A stretch of DNA of 64,000 nt from Lingula anatina. Its lineage: Eukaryota; Animalia; Brachiopoda. The number at the start of each line of letters is the position of its first letter. The first letter of the stretch is position 1. The notes under the pieces were generated by a model. The model searched no databases. It saw nothing but the letters and a program-made list of their open reading frames with translations, and had not been told where the DNA came from. Of this stretch, positions 37,224-50,400 are shown in pieces. The DNA lies in the NCBI GenBank assembly GCA_051362555.1, contig CM120642.1:6510001-6574000 (forward strand), written 5' to 3'. The translations under genes were made by a program, and so were the position numbers.

Positions 37224-40200
37224 ACAAAGCCATAGTCACCTCAACAGGGCACCGAGAACTGTCAACTTTATTAACTTCACGCCATCATATTTACAGCAAC
37301 TTATTCATCCTAGTGTTAGCTGACCTTGCAAGGAAGTTTATTGGAATGTATTTCTGAATAACAAATTAAGAAAAGTCACTAGTTCACTAAAGACACAAAA
37401 CAACTGTCACTTTTACTTTAAAACACTTTTTTATTATTTTGATAAAGTTAGTTACAGTATTGATAAACAAAGTGTCACGTTTTTAATAATTAATATTTTA
37501 AATTACAATCCATGTTTGCAAGGTTGTGTCAATGACCAAAATACAACGTTGAGTCAACGTCACATATTATGACGGTGTATTCACGTGGCTGGATCAACGG
37601 TGATTTTACGTTGAATTTAGGTAGATCAACGGCAATTCAACGTATCAACCTGTTTTCAACGTTGATCCAACGTGACTATGCCTGCTGGGACGGTACCATA
37701 GTTCACCCCGCTTATTGTTTAATTTGTGGTACAGGTTTAATTATATAAAATATTATATATATGATTCTGATTATATATTCTTATGCAGGGGCGGATCAAG
37801 GATTTCTTGAAAGGGGATGTCCGCTGATGCGACGCCAACCGATCCCCACCCCCTCCCCGGTTGGCGTCGGGTTCGGGGCTTGCTAAAGGGCCCCGAAAAT
37901 TGTTGGTATTTTAGAGGGCGAACGGTGCCATTTGGTACGGTTTAGTACTATAAATCAGCTAGTAAAAATACTACTTCCAAGAGGGGAATATTAGTGTGTT
38001 TTTTCAGAAACCTAAGGGTGGGGGGTCAGGACCCCTCCCCCCCCCGACACCCCCTCTAAATCTGTCACTGCCTACGACTTTATAAAGCACGGTGAGAGCC
38101 AAAGCGGCAAAATGTATGATTAGGTAAAGCAATAATAGCGGCAATGCAACTTTTGAAAAGAAAAACTTTTCTTGCTGATAATCCCAACGAGCAGATAGCT
38201 TTTTTTTTATGAAAAGGCCGTATGACATTCATGACGCCATGACGAGTAAGGTGTTGACTCAATTCAATTTTGATCTGTTGCGTAGTTGGTAAAGAATAGC
38301 GATCACTGACCTTCCCCGCCTAAGTATCATTCTAAAGACGTTAAAGCAAAGACAAAAGAAATATAATCGACGACGCAGACTTTATGATAATGACGAGCAA
38401 TAAATTGTTGTCAAAATCGATCACTAATTCTAAACTATACCGGATTTTAATGCAGAAGGTAATTTGCTCGGATACACGGGAGGTTGCATGCCTTTTGCGA
38501 TTGCGGGGCCAGCTCGTTGTTGTGGTGAACTGACATGCGTCATCTGGGATTTTAACTCGTGACTCGCCGTTACCATGGATTGTTGATGGCTTAGTATTTT
38601 TTTGGTATTTTTTTTTTTGGTATTTTTTGTGCAACCAAGCACGCTACCGCCTGCGCCGTGACTGTCCGCCCGCCCTCCGTGCATACGAGTTTCCTCTTAT
38701 AGTAATCAAACTCAATTTTAGAAATTATTTTGAAAAAAAATCACACCGAAAATTTTGAGAGTCGAACCCGCCTACAGGTGTTTAGATGGTAGACAACGGA
38801 GTTACCACAGAGCAATAGAAGCTTCGTTGGACAGACATGGATCAAATGAAAACTTTTTCCTTTCTCACAGAGATGGCCAGTTTGGCTGTACATGCATATA
38901 TCTGCCATAACAATCAATAGGCCGTGACCTGAACATATGCATTTCATCCATCGCATCGCCAGTCTGCGAACATGGTATTATCATCAACGTTGTTAAAGTT
39001 CATTATGTACACGAGCACTTATTTGGGAAGCCGACACGGAGCGTTCCTAGATAGATGGATCCCCCTTTTTTACTATGGCAGGGCGGGACCAGGATTTTTT
39101 GAAGGGAGTGGGGGAGGGTGGGGTGGGGGGCGTCCGCGGATGCGAAGTCGACCCCCCTCCCCCATTGGCGTGGGGTCCAGGACCCGCTGAAGTGACGAAA
39201 AAAAAGAAGGTATTTTAGAGGGCGAACGGCGCCACTTGGAACGGGTGAGAACTATGATTCAGCTAGTCAAAATTCTAATTTCAAGGGAAGAAAATTAATG
39301 TGATATTTTCTTCAGAACCCTCTAAATCCGCCACTGTATGGTGTGGTGTTAAGGCGGGAAAGCTCAGATTGGTCGCTTTTATTGATAAGTCTGCCCGGAA
39401 CGTTCCTAGTTAGATGACTACTTTCATTTGTTTCACACTGCGATTACTGAGACTACACTGATTTTGGCTTCACCCGTGACGTTATACAAATAGAGCACGA
39501 TGAGAGCCAAAGCGATTCAAACCTTCTAAGTTTTGAGTAGTCTTTGCCATTTGAAATATCGACTGTAGGGTTGCCCCAAGCACTGTATGCTCATGTGAAC
39601 AGTCTCGATAAGCAGGGACCCAAGGGGGGTGGGCGTGAAAAAAAAACAACATGTTTGGGTAAAGCAATAGAGGCGACGTGACTTGTGAAACAAAAAACCC
39701 TTGTTGAAAGTGCAGTATGACATGCATGTCACCATGCCAGATTAGCTATTGATTCCATTCAAGTTTGATCTGTGGCGTAGACGGTAAAGGATAGAGAACT
39801 ATGACCACCCCGCCTAAGGATCATTTTAAAGACTTCAATAGTGAAGAGAAAGGAAGACTTTAAGATAATGACCAGATATAAGTTGTTGTCAAATCGATCA
39901 CTTATTCTTACCTATACCGGCTTTTCCCCCGTGACTTCCCGAGTGCGGGGCCAGGTTGTTGCTGTAACGAACTGACGTGTTATCCGGGACTCGCACTCGT
40001 GACTCTCCGCTACCATGGTTGATGACAACTTTTTTAATATTTTTATTTTTATTATTATAATTTTTTTGCAGTTGCGCACGCCAACGACAGTGCTGTGCCT
40101 TAGCCATCCTCCGGCCAATTGCGTTTTACTTCTTATAGTAATAAGGTGCACATTTTATAAATCATATCTAGCAATAACACTGCATTAAAAACTCTAGCAT

Positions 40201-43200
40201 TCGAACACACGTACAAGGGTATAGCTGTGTTTAAGACAGTGGAATTACCAAGGAGTCGCAGAAGCGTCGTTGGTAGATCTTAGATCAAATATGGAAACCT
40301 TCTACCTTGTCACGCAGAGGGCCAGTTAGGTTGTACATGCTCTGCACTTACAATCGATAGCCCGGGTGCCGTACAGATGCATTTCATCTCACGCAAAGCA
40401 GGTCCCCGAACATGGTCTTATCATCAGCGTTGAAGTTCACGATGTACACGAGCCCTCGTTTCGTGCTGAGGTTTAGTTTGGGACGTTAAACAGCACAACT
40501 GGATCAGAGGCGGCCAACACTGGGACGGTTTTGGTTTGAGCAAGCCCCTGTAAGAAGAAGGAATCATTTTAAAACGTTCTTACGTGTATAAGCCATTTTG
40601 AGAAAACATATTTGACAAATAATTCTGCAAAGCAGACACATTTTTTTCTGCAGAACGTGATATACAGGGGCAGATTCAGGATTTGAAGGGGAAGGGGGGG
40701 GGGACAGTGTTTTTACGAATGATCGGCCTCGGATTCAAAGCCGCCCCTCGGCCCCTTTGTGGTGGGGTTTGGGGCCTGCTAAAGGGTCCCAACATATTTT
40801 AGAGTTTTGAAGGTCAAACGGTGCCATTTGGAACGGTTAAGAACTATAAAACAGCTAGTTAAAATCTAATTTCAAAAGTGGAATATTAGTGCGATTTATT
40901 CAGAAACCAAAAAGGAGGGGGGGGGGGGGGGGGGTCAGGACCCCCCTGCCCCCCCTCTAAATCAGCCACTGTTATGTATCAGAATTCTGTTATTCTGCAA
41001 TGTTACTTAAGTTATGCATTGGTTGCTGCATTGACTTATTGCTTAATATGATATTTGATAACACTTTAATATCGATAATAAATCGGCCTGTTTTTCACCA
41101 GCTCAGTCGTACTATAATATTTAGTGATAAGCTTCTTATAGGGCGCCTTACATATTACCTCAAGGCGTTTTAAAATAATGGATAATATTACTAAAATCAC
41201 TAATATTACTACAATATTAAAATCTAAAGGACTCATCAGAAACCATTTAAAATTAACACTACTGAAAACTCGATCTTATTAAAATATATAAAAAAAATCT
41301 AAGAGCAATAGACATATGGGTCTTTAGAAGGGATTTAAAACTGTCAAAGTATTCTGCTGTACTAATAGAATTTGGTAACGCATTCCACACGTAGATTGGA
41401 AAAGCCCTATCACCATAACTTTTGATAGGGCTTTTCCAAATAGAATGTTCTAAAATAAGGTCATTCTCAGCATGAAAACGTGGGGACCGCCTTGGTGAGT
41501 CAAAACAGATAAGATAAATAAATTCTGCAACGATAAATAAATGAATTTTGTCTCTGTGTATGGATCGCCTTAAAAATAATACAAAGTGCTTTATTATCAA
41601 TCCTCTGCTTCACTGGCAACCAGTGTAATCCTTTCAGAATGGGAATGATATGGTGTGTGCTTATTGCACTTTATTTGACAAACCAGTCTTGCAGCTGAGT
41701 TTTAATAATAATAATAATAATGATAATAATAATAATAATAATATATTTATTTCGAGTCTAAAATCCATAAAATGTTCAATAGACTGTACATCATAAAATA
41801 CAAAGACGTTTATAGATCAAAATGATTAAGATATATATTATATAAATCAGAGCTAGACTGAATTGTACTAAACAGTAATTAAAAGTAAAAAATCCAAGGT
41901 TTCTTTAATGCAAAATTTAAAAATTCATGAATAAAATGTCTTAAAAATGTGAGTTTTCAATTCCTTTCTAAAGATTCTTGTGCTTCTATTCATCTAATAA
42001 AAATTGGTAGCTTATTCCATTCAACCGGTGCAGCTGCACAAAATGCTATGTCACCATATGTTTTTAACTTTGATTTGGGAACTTTCAGTAAAAGTTTGTC
42101 ACCAGACCTCAGGGATCTTTGAGGACTATAATGTTTGACCAGATCATGGTGGAGATTATGGTGGAGCTAGGTTATAAAAAGCAGCATGTGTAAAAACTAA
42201 AACCTTAAATAAAAATCTGACCCTAACTGTTAACCAGTGTAACTGCTTTAAAATTGGAGTTATATGTGTGAGCTATATGTGTGAGTGCTGAGATATTCCT
42301 GAGCCGTTGTAATCTTTTGATCTTACCATCTGGACATCCATATAATACAGAATTGTAATAGTCCAGCCTGGAAGTTACCAATGAGTGTATAACAGTAGTA
42401 GCAGATGATTGATTCAGATATTTCCTTATGGTGCCAATATTCCGAATGCCGAGTAAACAAGACCTTGTAATGTTGGAGATCTGTTTGTCTATTGGAAGTG
42501 TAGAATCAAAATATACTCCTAAATTTTTTACATGGGGGGAGGATAATGCCATACTAGCTCCAATTTTAAGTTGCAGGTTGTGAGCAAGGCCCTTGTTGTG
42601 GGGTTGAGAAATGACTTAAAACATTATTTTTCCATCATTTATCTTCAATTTGTTTGAAATGAACCAACCTCTGTGATCTGATATGCAGTCAACAATGGTG
42701 TTCACAGACAAGGCTGGATCATGGATGTTGCAAGCTGTGCACAACTGGGTATCATCTGCATAAAAGTGGTAAATAATTTGAATAACTGAATAACTTGCAA
42801 TTTTTTAATCTGATAGTCACTTATACCAAAGAGGAGACTTTTGCAGTATTCTAATATTGATGATATAAATACATGTACTAATTTTTCAGTGGTTTTGTTA
42901 TTTAACACTTTCCTTATTTTTCCAATGCGCCATAGTGCATAAGATGCTGATTTACACACTTCAGATACACCTTTCCCATTTTCATCGAGGGTAACTCCCA
43001 GATCTTTTACAGAACTACATGTAGATGGTTTTATAAGAACGCCTCCTATGAAAATGGTGCAATTTTTTCCTATTTGCCTTGAACCTTGATGTAAACCATA
43101 TCAACTAAGGCTTACTTTCATTTAAAGCCAACATAGTGGACCATCGTAGTGGTCTCCCTTTTTAAAAATCTCACCCAAAGCCAGCATAAATGTAATTTTT

Positions 43201-44230
43201 AAAAACTTTAAAAAGAAAGCAACCAGGAAAATATCCGTGGATATATTCTGTCTGCTTCAGTCCCTTGTCTGGCAATCTTCGAAACCAAAAAGCGTAACAT
43301 CCCACAGGGAATGTATTACTTTGGCTTAACTCATTAGTTGAATGACATAAACGTGTTTTTGCATACTTCTACATCAACTTTCTGTTTTCTTCGCTTTTCA
43401 ATAATTGACTATACATATTCAAATAAGTATCCGTCGTCTTTTGAGCCAGGCGAATAGCAATTTTTATCAGTTTAATATGGGATGTTGTATATTTTATACC
43501 AGGGACCAATCGAGGTAAGACAAAGTTTCCTTCATAATTTCTCGCTGGGCACAGTTTAAAAACGCGTATAGATTTAGTCAGAGGGATATTAGTGAGTAGC
43601 TATTTGGAAATCAACCTGTAGCCCTAGCAAGGTACAGATTTAAAACAATCACCTAAAACTCATTGAAAATAGTCAATAACTCATATGTACGCTCATCAGT
43701 AGTAAGAGAGGAGTTTTTCGACCTACAACCTTGGAGGGACGATATACCGGTACTTTTAATCATGTCCCTCACTTATGCTTTTTTGCTCACTATACAATAA
43801 CATAAGAAAAGCCATACCAAAAACCTCCTCCTTTATGCTACGTTTTATGTAATAAAATAGTTGTCATTAAAATTTGCTTGCAAAGCATCACGTCCCTCAT
43901 TTACGCTTCAGGGGTCACTTAAAATTGCATTAAAAGTACCTTCAAGGTTGCAGTTAGAAAAACTCTTCTCTTACTACTCTCGTCTCTGCAGCCCAGAAAT
44001 GGATATGAAGAAGTATGTTCTACTGTGAAGTGCAGTGCGGGGTCTCGATGTCGGGTAGATTGCACTACAGGAGAGCCGGTCTGCGTAGGTTTGTATAACG
44101 GCTATAAAACACTCGACTAAGTAAAGTAATGTAAATCTGGAACTTAATCTTAACTTCAGACCAAATTATAAAAGGTTTAGTCTAATATCACTCAAGATAA
44201 ATAAGTAGAAGTTAAATTTGATGAAGTATT

Positions 44231-44273
<43 letters not shown>

Positions 44274-45802
44274 GTATGCCTGCTGGGAACCAACTAGATA
44301 TATACCGCTACCTTTTGGTAGACAGCAGTCGTTTACATACGCATGTAAAATAAAGCTCCTTGCGAACTGAACCGGCGAGTGTTTTATGCAAAATTATAAC
44401 CATAATACTTTTTGTAATAGGGAGTTCAGCTTTCTGTGATGAGACTCCAGTTTCCAATATCGTTTACGCTGGTTGGGGTGGAGGGTTTGGTGCGGTGACG
44501 GGAGGCGGACCAGTGAGTAAACACAGGGACATTTTCCCACTAAGGGACAACCTCAAAATTTCAGTATTGGAAATATTTGAAACAGCACCAGGCTCCCATC
44601 CAAACTGCTATTTTCTGTATGATTACATTTTCCTCAGCTGTATGTAATTTTTAGGAGATTTTCATTGACAAGTTTTTTTTAAATTTGATCTGTAGATGAA
44701 ATTAACTTACATGTATTAACCACATATATGATGAAATTGCGCTTTTATACCATTACGTGTGTTATAGTAAAATTAACCAAAAATTAACCAAAATGATTAC
44801 ATGCATGCGTGGACTTACCGGTATATAATTACAGAATTTCACTTACAACAAGCTACAGGACAGTACCGGATTGAGAGTCGAATTTAGCGGATCAATACGA
44901 ACCGCTTTTGCTTGCAAAAATTGTGGTTCTATGGTTTACTTTCTTATAAACGGTGCAAGTTGCACAAGTCCTTACAATATAGCATTTACGGAACGTCACA
45001 CTACGAGACGCAACAGAATCGAACATGGATCACGTAAGTGTGAGGGCATTTTTGTGCCATCATAATGCAATGTTAATGTAAATTAATTATATTATCGTTT
45101 CTTGCCATTGTGAATGTTATTTTGTTATGCATTTGTTATGTAATTTACATCTAACACTAGTTCATGCATTTTAATGTCATTCTATATTGCACTAATCTTC
45201 ATTTAGGTTTTGTCATGCCACATTAAATTATAAATGTTATGTTCATACTGTCATGATAACGTATGCGCCAGAGTCAAAATAAGCTATAATATTTTAAAAT
45301 ATTTAGTATATTTCAGTAACATTGTAAAGAATAACTCACGTCGTTTCTGATTCATTTTAAATTGATACATTTGATACCAGTGTTTTGCAACAGATAAAGG
45401 TCGCTCAGATTAAATACCAACCCTTGGATATATATATATTTTTTGAAACATCAGTGAGGATAATTTAAGTTAGAATTTTGAAATTTAGTCTTTGTCTACT
45501 CAATTAAATCTATAGCTCAGTCATAAAACATTCATAGATAAATATTCATTTGTCTAAAAATCAGATTCATTGTCGTCAGCCGTTGAATTTATTTTATCTG
45601 GAAGATTTTGAAAAAAAAAAACTGTTGTGTTTTTGAACATACAATTAATTAAAATGTTCTGCGTATGAATTATATTTGGCTACAGTATAACTTTTTTTGA
45701 CTCGTTCCATTTTTAATTAATCATTATAGTTTCATTTGTTCCATTTTATTCATTAACCTTTATAAGTGATCAGAATAGAAACAATGCCTCTCGTCATCAT
45801 AC

Positions 45803-45845
<43 letters not shown>

Positions 45846-47389
45846 TAACCAGCAAAATGCTATACGTTTGCTAATACGTGTTTTAGCTAAATTGTTTTTG
45901 ACCAACTTTTGTTTCTAGTGTCTGGCATCTGTTGGGATGTTCCAGCTGGCATTGTCACCATTCAGATATATGTAAGGAACATAAGCGGGGAGTCAGAAGC
46001 ATACCTCGGTTGGAAAGCATTCTCCTACTTCAAATTCGAGGAAATAGAAGCAAATCCTGGACAATGTTAGTATCTGAGTTATCATGGTATTTGAACAAAC
46101 AGATTCGTTGTTTAGGGGCATAATTATAGAGATAAATCACCTGTGCAATATCTCTCTAAAATCAATCAATCAGTTAATAAAAAATACATAAATGTATTAT
46201 ATGTTATTTACTAAGATGCATATAGGAAAGGATACAGCAAGATTAACGGTTGTTAGACCCGTCCATCAACCGTATAAGTCTAATATTGCAATTTTATGAT
46301 TCTTACCTTAATATGAAAGGTGTTGTTTATTGCACTTCATTTCGGGGTCTGCTGCCATAAGTAAGACATAATTTGAAGACTACATGTGTTTAGTTGACAG
46401 TCACTATTAAAGGGATAACAACTGTTCGTTTGGACCAAAAAATGCATTTTCCCGGAGTAAACAACAATTTTCCCATACTTACCAATGGTTTACGAATCCA
46501 TTTCTACATTCAAAGTTAGTCCCTGTTTTTTCTAAAAAGTTTGGTTTTATGTTATAATCTCTTAAGAGATTATTACAAAGTATAGCCATCTATGGAGGTT
46601 ACGTGGTCTGATGACAAACTCAGATATCAGAATAATATCTATAACTGCCGTTTTTGTGGTAAAATAGAGTATATTATATTTCTATGGGTTGTCTACAATG
46701 TTTTTATTGTGTAATATACATGTAGATCTCATACGAAGAGTTATTTTCTCTTTACCCAATGCCAGTATGGTGGTTATGTGCATGTTGCAAAGTCGGGTAT
46801 ATGACTTTCGGTCATGTAGTTTTGTCAATTTTAGATTTTGTGGGAGGACGTTAGTTTCCCAAAGCATGTAAACGGCATTTAAATTAGAAACCACATAGTT
46901 ACTTTTGCAGACTCATTCCTTATTCTAACATAGAGAATTTTACAGACTACAGGGGAATTATTTACAGTTTATTTATTTTTATTTTTGCGAAATAATTAAT
47001 TTAGTTAGTGGTGTACCTGTAAAGTGTTTGGAGGATGGAGTATAACATTGTCTGCGTTCTAGTGACCACATGTTGCAGTTGTGTATAATTCATTATTTTG
47101 TTGCTCTTCCTGTGTTGAAATGCCTCAAAGAATTATAAAGTTTATTTCGTAGTTAATTGGAGACTTCTATAATACCCCAATTGCAAATTTTCACTTTTAT
47201 AAGATATATAGTATCATCCATCAATTGCAATCAATTCCATGTGCTATTCTGCTTTTCAGCGCAATGTGAGACCCTGACACTTTTCAACATTAAGGAATTT
47301 GTGGTGGTAAAGGCTATTTTCATAAAAGATGAAAACATCTACATGGTAATCATTATTCATTACTTCTCCCTGTATACATCAGCAACATC

Positions 47390-47430
<41 letters not shown>

Positions 47431-50400
47431 GCTTATTGAAATCATAACAACCATATATACACATACATGTATACTTCTACTAAATATTATTTAAAAACGT
47501 TGAGCTCATAATGTATTATAAGCACTGGTCTCTGAAACTAGTAAAGTAAACATAATTACTATGTGTTGCAGAAACTTTCAGTTTTACATGTAATGTTAAG
47601 CACTATAAAACAAAATTACTTAGTGTTTTATCCCTAACGTAAGATTAAACGTTGTTTCAAATGATCAAAGTCACTTTTAATTTTCTGAAATAAAGATTTG
47701 CATAGCAACATGCGGCGTTTTCCGAATGTGATGAAGTTTGCGTTTACCAGGACATGAGTATATGATGATTAAGTCAGAAAAAAATGTCAAAGTAAATTAA
47801 AAATATGTCTTTTAATTCGATGCCTTTTTTATGCAGTGTTGTAATTTCTTGCGTTCCTTTTATATTTTAAATATGGAAATTCTCATTTTAGTATACCAAG
47901 CACACAAGAAAAAAAAACGCCTCTATAATAAAGACTATTTCTTTTTGTCTCGTACATTTCAGAGTAGTACATACTTAAAACGGAGCTCGAACACGGCCCT
48001 GGCAGTCTACTGGACGGGAAGTCTACGTGAAGACGGATCAAAATGTGCCAGATGGTACTTCACGTTCAATGGTGCGGAGTGCTCCGATCCCGGTACAATA
48101 GATGGCGCTTTGTACATGGCAAATGACTTGCATAATATCATTTTCAAGACTTTTGAGTGTAAGTGGCAAACCTAGACACTTTAGAAAACAAAAGTATTGG
48201 ACTATGCAAATATTTATTTCAGCAAGTGACATCAATAAACTGAATAATATTCTCATCTCCGAATCCCACAGAAAATAAAGGTATGACGTTACCTTTTTTA
48301 TATGAATTTACATTTCACGATATTGTATTTGTTTGTAGTTTCTGGTGTTTGCAAAGGAATCCCCGCAGGGGTGGTTAATATATCGTTCCACTGCGGAAAC
48401 TGCCCCTGGAACACAACCAATGGTAACCCGTTGACTGGCTGGTATGCACCATCAAGAATAAGGGTGGAAGAAACCCGGCTGGGTTTGGATATAAGTGCAC
48501 GTGAGTGACACATTATTACATACAGTATTAGTTTTGTTGCGGTTTCCCCATGATGGTCGGTTTATAGGAATTCTGTACTACTAGTATTTCGACAGTTGAA
48601 TTAACGCACTTTCATGTACCAACAGTTCCAGGATTGGATTTTGGCGAGGGAAATAAGGGGGGGGGGAACTTAAACTCTAAAAATAGACGAACGAATAAAG
48701 TGGGTATAACAGGGGTTCATTGAATGAAACAGTAAACAGTTGTTTTACTAATAAAGGGCTTGTTTAAGGAAAAGGAGTGGGACAGTGTTTTTGCCTAGTT
48801 TCTGTCGCTTTAGTATGTTTATTAGATTGAAAGAGACGAAAGAGGATATAATACGGTGTAGCACACGTTCGATCTACCGCTGTTAGCATGAATTTGCACC
48901 TGTACATTTTATTTAGATTTGATGGTGTTACATGTACCTTGCCACATTTATCTTACCTTTTTCTGCCAAATAACAATTACGGCTGATAAAGATACAAACG
49001 TCCCGCATTGATAAAAAAATATTAAAATAAATAAATATTCTGCAAATTAAACCAGTTATAGAATATTTCACATAGACTCATATTTCTTAGTCTCAGACCA
49101 TACGGGAAAAACAGCTACTCGAATCCCAATCTTTAACCGGCAATATTGGTGGTGGCCAGCTCAAAACATTATTATGGACGTTGGAACACTTTACGTAAGT
49201 CACTGTATTAATTATTATTAATAATAACTGATGAGGCATCCGGGCCGAAACGGCTGTAGGGCCTTAAAATAATCAACATGCGATAACAGAATAACGTCAG
49301 TGCTGTAATAGAAGTATATATATTGATGCACCTTGAAAGATCTACATTATAGTTGTTAGATAACAATTGTTGTTTAACAACTATAATGTAGATCTTTCAG
49401 GGTGCATCAATATATATACTTCTGTTTATGTCTCCTTATTAACCCAAGGCAAAGGATAAGTAAATGACAAACACAGATATACATGTATAGTGTTCGAAAT
49501 TTGGCTGGTAGCGGCAGCTTTTATTGAAAGGTCCCTGTAGTAAAGAATGGTGTTAGATATTATATAGCATTAAATAATGTAAATTAGTTAAAATTACGTA
49601 AAACTTCCCATTTTATCAAGATCTATACGGTGAATCAACATGGATCCTCATTGCTGTAATGTAACGTTAACCACAAATGGTTTGCAAAATACCTGGATGA
49701 TAAAAATACTGGTATGGCCTACTGTAACATAACTACGTATTAATTTCTATGTTTCTCCTTGAAAAGATTAAATGACCACCTGTTGAGTGAAATAATGGTA
49801 TAATTTATGTATTTTATAACAATGGATACAGAATTAAATTTAATTCAATACATGTCAATATAATCTATTTGTTAATTTACATAGTATAAGACCTTTTCTT
49901 ATTCATATTTGCCACATTAAATCACAAAACAGAAGGTGTATTTGTATTACATGAAAGATCTTTGATCATATTGTTTGATTAAGGACTTTGGATCCATGGT
50001 TACGATAAGGGGGGGGGTTGAAAAAAAAAATGAAACAGTAGTTGAGCACGTCTTCCTTATAATATGTAAAGAACGATGAGATATAATATAATATATGGAC
50101 AGGATAGAGCATCTTCTTCTTGGACCCTCTTCTTCATAGTTCACGAGGGAGTGTGCTCTATTTGTTTGATATATATTTTAGACTGTGATGTACAGTAAGA
50201 AGTCCGGCGCCAGTGGGTTAAAGGTACTCTGGTCTGGGAATGCCCAAGAAATAAAAGCCATTAACGGCTGTTCACGATGGTACTTCACCTTCAACGATAA
50301 CGAATGCAGCAACCCAGGGGAAATTGAGAGTATTAAGTTCAATAGATACTATGAAAGCGATAAGGTCGTATACTATAACAGCCCATTTACAGGTATAGTT

